Source: Minisyncoccota bacterium
GTDB taxonomy: Bacteria; Patescibacteriota; Minisyncoccia; Phycocordibacterales; JAACPR01
Reading direction: 5' to 3'
NCBI GenBank assembly: GCA_018061745.1
Contig: JAGOTN010000001.1
Span: 1-36,018 of the forward strand
Length of the DNA stretch: 36,018 bases
Every line of letters starts with the position of its first letter. The first letter of the stretch is position 1. Below are positions 1-6,933 of the stretch, in pieces. A program made the position numbers and the translations under genes. The notes beneath the pieces were generated by a model. It saw only the letters and a program-made list of their open reading frames with translations. It did not search any database and was not told where the DNA came from.

Positions 1-126
1 TATGCTCCAGAATATGGAATGGGAGGTGATGCTATGATGGCTAAATCTGCTTCTGTGGCACCAGAATTGCCTGCAGGGGAGGAGAAGATTACAAGTAGGG
101 TGTATGTGACGTTTGAGATTAGATAG
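1..126 (+). CDS. C-terminal fragment of an unidentified protein (5' end lies outside the window)
   Basis: Frame 1 is open from base 1 to TAG at 124-126 (YAPEYGMGGDAMMAKSASVAPELPAGEEKITSRVYVTFEIR*). Palindromic element copy A follows directly. Confidence 0.4.
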   Translation, partial: YAPEYGMGGDAMMAKSASVAPELPAGEEKITSRVYVTFEIR

Positions 127-135
127 TACCGCAGT

Positions 136-227
136 ACAAAAATCCCCGAAAATTGTTCTCATCGTCAACGGCTTCGGCCTATGGCCTACAGATGTTTCCT
201 CAGAGAACAATTTTCGGGGATTTTTGT
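136..227 (+). repeat. Palindromic hairpin element, copy A: 25-bp perfect stem, 42-nt conserved core, T-run after it (terminator-like)
   Basis: 136-160 (acaaaaatccccgaaaattgttctc) is the exact reverse complement of 203-227. The core 161-202 is atcgTCAACGGCTTCGGCCTATGGCCTACAGATGTTTCctca. A tttt run follows. Confidence 0.85.
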
Positions 228-339
228 TTTATGTAAATATTTAATTTCATATTTACCTAATATATATAATATTGTATAGTCATGTAAATTTGGTTTGCAC
301 CTTAAACAACTACGCAAACTGCTTTCAATATAAAAATAA

Positions 340-798
340 ATGAATAATCAAATAATCGGTACTCACATTGTCGACTATGGTCAAACTTTAGAGGACATGA
401 TTGTCGCTGGTAATTACGACTGGCGAAATAGTAAACTTACGGCGGATCGTTTTCTAATCAATGGAAAAGGCCAGGTCGAATTTGAACATACTATCTTTCA
501 CTTTGATGAAGATATGCCTTATAGAGATGTAATAGTTAAAATTACGGTTACAGAGAGACAGAACCCCTGGTTACCAGCCAGGACGGAAAACCTTCTTATG
601 TATGGGGCTGAAAATCCTGACGAGCAAAGGAAATATCAAATAGTTGCACTTGGCTCAGTTGGAGTGGTCTTAGGTCGACTGCAAACACCCTGCCTAGATG
701 CTCATGATCTGAAGCGAACCCTGGACCTTTCTCGTATTGATCGTGATTTGGATTCGCTCAAACGCTTTCTTGCGGTTCGTGAAGTAGTTCGGAAGTGA
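340..798 (+). CDS. Hypothetical protein (152 aa)
   Basis: Clean ORF with no recognisable catalytic motif. It looks GC-richer than neighbouring genes. A weak hairpin plus T-run follows at about 821-838. Confidence 0.6.
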   Translation: MNNQIIGTHIVDYGQTLEDMIVAGNYDWRNSKLTADRFLINGKGQVEFEHTIFHFDEDMPYRDVIVKITVTERQNPWLPARTENLLMYGAENPDEQRKYQIVALGSVGVVLGRLQTPCLDAHDLKRTLDLSRIDRDLDSLKRFLAVREVVRK

Positions 799-891
799 AT
801 TACATTTAGCACTGGGCTGACAACCCTGTGTTTTTTTATTTTGAAAAAATCTTAATAACATGTAGTATCGGTTAAGAAAATTCTTTATCTT

Positions 892-1464
892 ATGAAAACA
901 TTAAAAGAACAGCTAGAAATTGTTAAGAGAAATTTTCCAAGTCTAAAATTGGAATCCATTAATCCGAACCTTGAAAAAGGTAACGCACTTGTAGTGAACT
1001 GGGGATTATTTTCCCCTGATTATTTAAATGCTCTAAAAATGGTTTTTGGAGTTGCTGGGATTGAGAGCGATCTGAATCCAAATTTTGACTATGGGTTTAG
1101 CACAGATAAATATACCGAGAACATGATCAATTATGGTAAATGTTTTGGTGTAGATATGGATTTTGGACAAAGTTGTACGAATGTTAGTCCAGAGTCATTT
1201 AATCGGTTTCATTATCAGGAACGTCAATTGTGTGGAGCCCCAGCTTTTATGGTTGCACTACAATTACTGATTCATCCCAACATTCTTTCTCATAGTGAAG
1301 ACTTGTCAATTATTTGTGTTGCAGACACTGCAAATAATCCAGGGTTTCGAGAATACCGAGCATCTCCAATCTTTTATTACAGAAAAGGAAAAGTACATTT
1401 TAGTCTTATTGGAATAGATAAGTCTTTTCCAGATTGTGGTTGTGCAACCCTTATTAATTTTTAG
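892..1464 (+). CDS. Hypothetical protein (190 aa), possibly a distant relative of the preceding ORF
   Basis: Clean ORF. A hairpin (gagccaa/ttggcgc) plus T-run follows at about 1489-1517. Confidence 0.55.
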   Translation: MKTLKEQLEIVKRNFPSLKLESINPNLEKGNALVVNWGLFSPDYLNALKMVFGVAGIESDLNPNFDYGFSTDKYTENMINYGKCFGVDMDFGQSCTNVSPESFNRFHYQERQLCGAPAFMVALQLLIHPNILSHSEDLSIICVADTANNPGFREYRASPIFYYRKGKVHFSLIGIDKSFPDCGCATLINF

Positions 1465-1531
1465 CCTACTTTATAGATTAATCAGAGTGTCGAGCCAAAA
1501 ACTTGGCGCTTTTTTCTTTAAAAACAAGGAT

Positions 1532-1560
1532 TTGACTCATAGAGGGCTATACTGTATGAT
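1532..1560 (+). promoter_or_regulatory. Sigma-70-like promoter for secE-nusG-rplK
   Basis: TTGACT (1532-1537), a 17-nt spacer, then TATGAT (1555-1560). A short hairpin ggcccc/ggggc plus T5 lies in the leader at about 1570-1588. Confidence 0.5.
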
Positions 1561-1603
1561 ATTTGAGTTGGCCCCTCTGGGGCTTTTTAAATTACAAAAA
1601 TAT

Positions 1604-1780
1604 ATGAGAATCATTCGTTATATAAAAGAAACAAAAGCAGAGCTTAGTCATGTGACTTGGCCATCAAGAAATCAAACTATTATTTATACAAGTTTGATTA
1701 TTGTTATTTCACTTTTTGTATCTGCATATCTTGGAGTTTTTGATGCTTTATTTACAAGCTTCGTTAAGTTATTTGTTTAA
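1604..1780 (+). CDS. secE: Preprotein translocase subunit SecE (58 aa)
   Basis: The product is MRIIRYIKETKAELSHVTWPSRNQTIIYTSLIIVISLFVSAYLG..., a basic N-terminus followed by one TM helix. It sits immediately upstream of nusG, the canonical secE-nusG-rplK order. The longer ORF from 1436 spans a terminator and a promoter. Confidence 0.85.
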   Translation: MRIIRYIKETKAELSHVTWPSRNQTIIYTSLIIVISLFVSAYLGVFDALFTSFVKLFV

Positions 1781-1793
1781 TCAATAAATTATT

Positions 1794-2339
1794 ATGGCAA
1801 AACAACAACCTACAAGAGACCGAAACTGGTACGCAATCCATACTTATGCTGGATACGAAAACGCTGTTCTTAAAAATTTAAAACAAAGAACTGAATCATT
1901 GGGAATGGAAGAAAAGATTTTCAATGTGATAGTTCCTACTGAAAAGAAAATTAAAATCAAAGCAGGAAAGAGGGTAGAAGTAGAAGAAAAAATTTATCCT
2001 GGATATGTTTTGGTAGATATGATCGTAACGGATGATTCTTGGTTTGTGGTTCGAAATACTCCTCGTGTTACAGGTTTCGTTGGTTCAGGAGTTTATCCTG
2101 TTCCTTTGGATCAAAAAGAAGTTGATGAATTGTTTGGTAGAATGCAAAAAGATACTGCAAAACATTCAATCAATTTAGAAGTTGATGACATGATTATGGT
2201 CATTGATGGACCTTTTAAAGAGTTAGAAGGGAAGATTGAAGAGGTTGATGAAGAACGAGGAAAAATTAAAGTTCTTGTATCAATGTTTGGTCGGGAAACT
2301 CCTGTGGAATTAGACTTCTTGCAGGTTCGTAAAATTTAA
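1794..2339 (+). CDS. nusG: Transcription termination/antitermination factor NusG
   Basis: The NGN domain begins [14 protein letters not shown], and a C-terminal KOW region reads [38 protein letters not shown]. The gene lies between secE and rplK. Confidence 0.95.
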   Translation: MAKQQPTRDRNWYAIHTYAGYENAVLKNLKQRTESLGMEEKIFNVIVPTEKKIKIKAGKRVEVEEKIYPGYVLVDMIVTDDSWFVVRNTPRVTGFVGSGVYPVPLDQKEVDELFGRMQKDTAKHSINLEVDDMIMVIDGPFKELEGKIEEVDEERGKIKVLVSMFGRETPVELDFLQVRKI

Positions 2340-2357
2340 GCTAATCTCTATAAACCT

Positions 2358-2780
2358 ATGGCTAAGAAAATAATGAAATTAATGAAGCTTCAAGTACCGG
2401 CAGGGAAAGCTGTTCCTGCGCCGCCACTTGGGCCTTCTTTAGGACAAGCTGGTATTAATATCAGTGAATTTATTAACAGATTCAATGCAGACACACAATC
2501 TCGAATGGGAGAAATCGTTCCGACTGTTGTAACTGTATATGAAGACCGAAGTTTTGATTTGGTTTACAAAAAGCCACCAGCAAGTTTTCTTGTTATGAGA
2601 GCAGCTGGACTTAAGGGTGGTTCTGGAAACAACACAACAAAGAAAGTTGGATCTATTACACAAGATCAACTGCGACAAATTGCAGAAGAGAAAATGGAAG
2701 ATCTAAGTGCGAATGATGTGGAAGCTGCGATGAAGATTATTGCGGGGTCTGCGCGTTCAATGGGTGTTGAAATAAAATAA
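2358..2780 (+). CDS. rplK: 50S ribosomal protein L11
   Basis: KLQVPAGKAVPAPPLGPSLGQAGINI is the L11 signature N-terminal domain. The length is 140 aa. Confidence 0.95.
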   Translation: MAKKIMKLMKLQVPAGKAVPAPPLGPSLGQAGINISEFINRFNADTQSRMGEIVPTVVTVYEDRSFDLVYKKPPASFLVMRAAGLKGGSGNNTTKKVGSITQDQLRQIAEEKMEDLSANDVEAAMKIIAGSARSMGVEIK

Positions 2781-2789
2781 AGTAAATAA

Positions 2790-2881
2790 ATAAAAACTCC
2801 AAAAAATTATTCTTCGCGTCAACGGCTTCGGCCGTAGGCCTGCAGATGTTTCCTTAAAGAATAATTTTTTGGAGTTTTTAT
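2790..2881 (+). repeat. Palindromic hairpin element, copy B: 25-bp perfect stem, 42-nt conserved core (terminator-like, downstream of rplK)
   Basis: 2790-2814 is the exact reverse complement of 2857-2881. The core 2815-2856 is cgcgTCAACGGCTTCGGCCGTAGGCCTGCAGATGTTTCctta. A T-rich tract follows. Confidence 0.85.
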
Positions 2882-2913
2882 GTTTTCAACATTATTTTTA
2901 TTTCAGTAGATGT

Positions 2914-2944
2914 TTTAAAAGAAAAATCCGCGGGTTAGGCGGAT
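2914..2944 (-). terminator. Intrinsic terminator ending the minus-strand thyA-folA-dcd-ORF97 operon
   Basis: The stem atccgc/gcggat (2926-2931 / 2939-2944) is followed on the minus strand by TTTTCTTTT. The stop codon of the 97-aa ORF lies in the loop. Confidence 0.6.
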
Positions 2945-3228
2945 ATTAGATTTTGATAACGAACAAAGGTTTCGTACAAGCGAGAAATTTTTTTGAAACA
3001 AAAAATTTCCCGTTCACGTGTCTTTGTTGTTTGTGTGATTGTGAAAATGTTTTCCGAACGATCTTGAAGTGATTTTTTTAATAGAGGCACATCAATGCCG
3101 AATCCCTCTTCTTCTAGTCGTTCAATACATTTGTTGCAGAAGTCTTTATACTCCCAAATTTCTCTAGAGAGTTCTCGTAGAAGCACTGAAAGGCACTTCT
3201 TGAGTTCTTTATTAATGATCGATTCCAT
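2935..3228 (-). CDS. Hypothetical 97-aa protein, last gene of the thyA-folA-dcd operon
   Basis: The ORF lies 38 nt downstream of dcd on the same strand, before the only visible terminator. It looks helical and charged and carries CxxC (CNKC). Confidence 0.5.
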   Translation of the reverse strand: MESIINKELKKCLSVLLRELSREIWEYKDFCNKCIERLEEEGFGIDVPLLKKSLQDRSENIFTITQTTKTREREIFCFKKISRLYETFVRYQNLISA

Positions 3229-3266
3229 TTGTTGTGCATTCTACTCACAAACAACCTTTTTGCAAA

Positions 3267-3917
3267 TTAAGCCTTATGGTCTCTTTTTAATTCGGGGATT
3301 TTTCCTTCTCGCACTAAGTCAGATTCAGTTCTATCCTTTTCAGCATTTTTGAAATTTTGTTTTATAAAACCTTCGATAATATCTTTTTGATGATAGCGAC
3401 TTTCTTTTATTTCAGCTTTTTCATCTAGTTTTTCAAAAACAACTTGGCAGAATCTTTCTCCAGGATAAAGTTTAATTACTTGAGATTCTGTATTGTTTCG
3501 AATTGGAATTGCTAGTTGGCCCTTGTAACCAGAATCAACAATACCTGTCAGGTCTACTGAAAGTCCTTTTCTATTTGTAGATGAACGAGGGTAGAGAATT
3601 GCCATTAGATCATCTGGGATCCCAACTGTTTCAAGGGTAGAAGCTAAAACATATTCACCTGGAAGTAGGTCGAAAGTTTGAGATTTTTCTAATTCAATAA
3701 TATCGAAATAATCTGGACGGTCTTCACTTAGGTGATCAATGTTTAAAGCCACGCGACCTTTTTCTGTGAGTTGCCATCTTTTTGGTAAAAGAAAAGTGTA
3801 ACCAAGTCTTAAATCTATTGCGTGTGCTTGAATTTGAAATTCATCAAGGTTTGGTTCAAATAAAATTTCTCCAGCATTTATTTTTTCTAGTATTTGTTTT
3901 TTAGTTAAGATAGACAT
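3267..3917 (-). CDS. dcd: dCTP deaminase family protein
   Basis: The N-terminus MSILTKKQILEKINAGEILFEPNLDEFQIQAHAIDLRLG is typical of Dcd. A dUTPase-like beta fold is suggested by SVDLTGIVDSGYKGQLAIPIRN. At 216 aa it is slightly long. Confidence 0.85.
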   Translation of the reverse strand: MSILTKKQILEKINAGEILFEPNLDEFQIQAHAIDLRLGYTFLLPKRWQLTEKGRVALNIDHLSEDRPDYFDIIELEKSQTFDLLPGEYVLASTLETVGIPDDLMAILYPRSSTNRKGLSVDLTGIVDSGYKGQLAIPIRNNTESQVIKLYPGERFCQVVFEKLDEKAEIKESRYHQKDIIEGFIKQNFKNAEKDRTESDLVREGKIPELKRDHKA

Positions 3918-3918
3918 T

Positions 3919-4416
3919 TTATTTTTGAACTCGATAATTTAATAATATCGTACTTGGAGATAAGTTTGTACTTGATATTAATTCTAGTTTTTGTCCTAAT
4001 TTCTGTGGCAAAAAGGGAACTCCTTCACCAAACTCAATATCTTCTTCTGTCAGGAATACTTCGTCTACTAGGTTTTTTTCCATAAACAGTTTATATATTT
4101 CAGCCCCTCCGCAAATAGCTATTTCTTGTTCACCTTCTGATTGAAGTCTTTTGATTAGTTCTTCTGGAGATTCATTTGTTGTTTCAACACCCTCAATGTG
4201 TAAATTTTGTCGACTCATAATAATGTTTCGTCTTTCTTTTAAAGGTTTCCCAAACGTTTCAAAAGTTTTTCTTCCCATGACAACAACGCCAGCTTCTTTT
4301 GTTTTTTCTACAAAAAATTTCTTATCCTCAGCACTAGTCCAATTCATAGAATTTTGTTCGGCGGATTTTGCAATGAAACCATCTTTTGATACAGCTGCAA
4401 TGATAAAAACTTTCAT
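3919..4416 (-). CDS. folA: Dihydrofolate reductase
   Basis: The pattern IIAAVSKDGFI...MNWTSAEDKKFF...VVVMGRKTFETFGKPLKERRNIIMS...ICGGAEIY fits DHFR. It starts 4 nt after the thyA-like stop. Confidence 0.85.
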   Translation of the reverse strand: MKVFIIAAVSKDGFIAKSAEQNSMNWTSAEDKKFFVEKTKEAGVVVMGRKTFETFGKPLKERRNIIMSRQNLHIEGVETTNESPEELIKRLQSEGEQEIAICGGAEIYKLFMEKNLVDEVFLTEEDIEFGEGVPFLPQKLGQKLELISSTNLSPSTILLNYRVQK

Positions 4417-4420
4417 AAAA

Positions 4421-5257
4421 TTAAAGCGCTATTTTTAAACCTTTAATGGCAGGCATTGGTTCGTATTGTTTTTGTATTTGAGAAACAATTTCTTCGAGAA
4501 GGGATTCATCTTTTTGTTCTGATCTTTCGAAAGAATTTTCTGGAAGAGTTAGTGTGATTGGTTTGTGATTATTTGTTCTGGAAATAAGTTCTCGAGCTGC
4601 TTCATAATGATTTTCATAAATGTGTGCGTTTGAAATTGAGTGAGAGTATGTTCCAACTTTCACCCCAAGTCTTTGCGCCAAAACATATTGCAAGAAACAA
4701 AAACCAGCGATATCAAAAGGCGCTCCCAGAATCATATCGTTTGAGCGAACTATATTATGCATGTGAAGTTTTCCGGCAATAATATTTATTGTGAAAGTGT
4801 ATGGGCAGGGAACATTGGCTTTTTTCTTTAATGAAAGTCCGTCTTGTGCAGGATCCCATGCGATCACAACTCCGTGTCGTGAGCTAGGTTCTTTTTCTAA
4901 AAGTTCTACTAAAAGTTTTATTTGATCTCGTCCGAAATGTTTTCGCCAACGATATCCGTACGCAACTGTTACGACATCATTTGGATTTGTGAAAGAATCC
5001 CAAATTTTTGTGTGGTTTCTCAAAAAGTCTGCAGGTTTTCGTGCACCAGATAAAAACCACATTTGTTCAACAATTGGACCAGTAACAGGAATTTTTCTAA
5101 GTGTTAAAAGTGGAAAACCATCTTCTTCAGGATTGATTTTAAAATGTAATCCCGGAATCGCAGATGTTTCAAGACCAGTTCTTTCTGAGAATTCTTTGTA
5201 GCCGTTTTCAAGAATGTCTTTTATTAGGCCTTGGTAGATTTGATCAAATTTTGTCAT
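4421..5257 (-). CDS. thyA: Thymidylate-synthase-family (ThyA-like) pyrimidine nucleotide C5-methylase with an atypical active site (PCP, PFD)
   Basis: ThyA blocks present: ERTG, DGFPLLTLRK, EQMWFLSG, YGYRWR, DQIKLL, catalytic Cys in VPCP (codon 4805-4807), RSND, AHIYENH, and the TS-like C-terminal tail YEPMPAIKGLKIAL. The invariant Asn in LGxPFNIA is Asp here (LGAPFDIAGF, codon 4712-4714). Confidence 0.85.
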   Translation of the reverse strand: MTKFDQIYQGLIKDILENGYKEFSERTGLETSAIPGLHFKINPEEDGFPLLTLRKIPVTGPIVEQMWFLSGARKPADFLRNHTKIWDSFTNPNDVVTVAYGYRWRKHFGRDQIKLLVELLEKEPSSRHGVVIAWDPAQDGLSLKKKANVPCPYTFTINIIAGKLHMHNIVRSNDMILGAPFDIAGFCFLQYVLAQRLGVKVGTYSHSISNAHIYENHYEAARELISRTNNHKPITLTLPENSFERSEQKDESLLEEIVSQIQKQYEPMPAIKGLKIAL

Positions 5258-5318
5258 ATCAGTATTTACATTATAATGGTTAGAATATAATCTGCATTAT
5301 AGACACTTTAAGATATTT

Positions 5319-5828
5319 ATGGAAAAGAAAGAAATCAAATACCCATATTTGCCAGGAGGCAGGGAAATCAAATACGTTTCGGCGGATAATCCGTTTATGG
5401 TTGAAGCCAAAAAAGTTCAACAAACCATGTCTACAGATAAGTATTTCTCAACAGGGGCTGTTGTTGTGAAAGACGGAGTGATTGTTGGAAAGGGTGCTAA
5501 CCAATCTCTTTTGCGTACAAAATGGATGATTGAAGCTCACAAAAAATGGGCTTGTATTCGAAGATGGTTCAATATCCCTTCTGGTCAGAAGTATTGGATG
5601 TGTCCTGGATGTTCTCCTTCTAGTCAGCATGCTGAAACTCGTGCTGCAATAGACGCCGAGAAGAAAGGTTTGTCTAAAGACGCTGACATGTATCTTTATG
5701 GTCACTGGTGGTGTTGTGCTCCTTGTTGGGATGCTGTGATTCATGCGGGAATTAAAGATGTGTATCTTCTCGAGGGAAGTGAGATTCTTTTTGATAAAAA
5801 TCATCCAGACAATATTGTTGGTAAATAA
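5319..5828 (+). CDS. comEB: Deoxycytidylate (dCMP) deaminase, ComEB family
   Basis: The zinc motifs HAE (SQHAETRAAI) and PCxxC (CAPCWDAV) are present, together with the extra Cys cluster (CPGC) typical of dCMP deaminases. It is transcribed divergently from the thyA-like gene. Confidence 0.8.
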   Translation: MEKKEIKYPYLPGGREIKYVSADNPFMVEAKKVQQTMSTDKYFSTGAVVVKDGVIVGKGANQSLLRTKWMIEAHKKWACIRRWFNIPSGQKYWMCPGCSPSSQHAETRAAIDAEKKGLSKDADMYLYGHWWCCAPCWDAVIHAGIKDVYLLEGSEILFDKNHPDNIVGK

Positions 5829-5839
5829 CTTTAGCCGAC

Positions 5840-5863
5840 AGAGGTTTAAAAACCTCTTTTTTA
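5840..5863 (+). terminator. Intrinsic terminator after the dCMP deaminase gene
   Basis: The stem agaggtt/aacctct has loop taaa and is followed by TTTTTT. Confidence 0.7.
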
Positions 5864-5946
5864 TTTTAAATTTTAAGGAAATAAAAATGCGACTCACTTT
5901 TTGGGTGGTCGCAATGTTGGGTTATCATATCTTCAAGGAAACCCCT

Positions 5947-6546
5947 TCAGGAGCTTCTTTTACTATACTCAGGATCCATTTTAAATTTCCAGTCTGGAAG
6001 TTTGGATTTTGCTTTAGCGTGATCGAAGTAGACTTCGTAGCCTGACTCCTCACATAATTTGTGTAGTAGATCAAACTTCTTAAACAAGTCGTACAAGTAA
6101 CGCAATTTTTCTTGCTCCAATGCAATCAGTCCGGGTTTTGATGGTTTGTAGGTTTGTGTCCAAAGACAGATTTCAGCAGCCTTCACTAGGCTATGAAATG
6201 CATACTCTTTGAATTTATCGAGTGTGGTGATGGTTTTAATTTTAGCACCCATTATTTCGAAGAGCTTGTAAGAATCTCTTTTGAAATCCCAGATAATTAA
6301 CATCATATAGACTATTAGTATTAGTCCTGACACGGAAATGAATCCCAAGATGAGACATGTAACTAACATCAGTACTTCGTATTGGCGCAAGAACGCATAT
6401 ACGAAGACGATAACGATTGCCGGAACGATTGTTTTTAGGAGGTTTGGAAAGATTGCTTTCTTTGCTCTTATTAAACGACCTGCGTGCCAACTTTGTAACA
6501 GGCAGACATTAGTCGTGCCCTCCAATAACATGTTTAATACTGTCAT
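5947..6546 (-). CDS. Hypothetical membrane protein (199 aa, two predicted TM helices plus a soluble C-terminal domain)
   Basis: The hydrophobic stretches are IVPAIVIVFVYAFL and LMLVTCLILGFISVSGLILIVYMMLII. An AAAGG ribosome-binding-like motif lies upstream. The overlapping ORFs in this interval are shadows. Confidence 0.55.
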   Translation of the reverse strand: MTVLNMLLEGTTNVCLLQSWHAGRLIRAKKAIFPNLLKTIVPAIVIVFVYAFLRQYEVLMLVTCLILGFISVSGLILIVYMMLIIWDFKRDSYKLFEIMGAKIKTITTLDKFKEYAFHSLVKAAEICLWTQTYKPSKPGLIALEQEKLRYLYDLFKKFDLLHKLCEESGYEVYFDHAKAKSKLPDWKFKMDPEYSKRSS

Positions 6547-6675
6547 TTTTTCTACCTTTCAATGCTGAATTGTTTATTTCAAAAGCGTAGGGTTTCGGCC
6601 TCTCTGCAAAATGGTTTTCGGCCACTTGCGGATTTTTTCGCTTGTATGTGATTGTCAGCTTCAATCTTCTTTGCA

Positions 6676-6704
6676 AAATTAGAATATATTAAGTGTTGTG
6701 TCAA
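6676..6704 (-). promoter_or_regulatory. Candidate promoter for the membrane-protein gene
   Basis: On the minus strand: TTGACA (6704-6699), a 17-nt spacer, then TAATTT (6681-6676). The leader carries the direct repeat GGCCGAAA(A)CC (plus-strand 6591-6600 and 6613-6623). Confidence 0.35.
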
Positions 6705-6711
6705 TGAAAAG

Positions 6712-6745
6712 TTAAAAGCCGCGGACTTTGTCCGCGGCTTATTTG
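6712..6745 (-). terminator. Intrinsic terminator (GC-rich 11-bp stem) after the 64-aa ORF
   Basis: aagccgcggac (6716-6726) pairs with gtccgcggctt (6730-6740) around loop ttt. A T-run follows on the minus strand. Confidence 0.7.
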
Positions 6746-6933
6746 ATTCTTTTTGATATAACTACCCAACTATAGAATGCAATATTCAACTTTCTGAATG
6801 GTTTGAAGTTTTCAGAGACATGCTCGTGGTTAACTTGAATATGTTCTTGAGAATCTCTTTTTTCCTCAATAACATCTGGAATTGGATCCAAACACATCAA
6901 GCAAATTGACTGGTTAAATCCTTCAGTTTTCAT
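6739..6933 (-). CDS. Hypothetical small protein (64 aa)
   Basis: A short ORF with a strong terminator immediately after it. No motif was recognised. Confidence 0.35.
   Translation of the reverse strand: MKTEGFNQSICLMCLDPIPDVIEEKRDSQEHIQVNHEHVSENFKPFRKLNIAFYSWVVISKRIK

Noticed and set aside
1436-1603. The 5' part of the track ORF 1436..1780 (114 aa)
   Set aside because: This stretch contains a terminator-like hairpin plus T-run and a TTGACT-17-TATGAT promoter. Only the last 58 codons (from ATG 1604) look like SecE, so the long form is an artefact of an open frame.
1465-1603. The tRNA gene (often tRNA-Trp) expected upstream of secE
   Set aside because: No cloverleaf-compatible sequence, T-arm GTTCRANYC motif or acceptor pairing could be found in this interval.
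5743-6568. Alternative ORFs around the membrane-protein gene: 5743..6045(+), 5925..6125(-), 6242..6490(-) and 6338..6568(+)
   Set aside because: They are mutually overlapping. Only 5947..6546(-) has clear TM helices, an upstream AAAGG motif and a plausible promoter.
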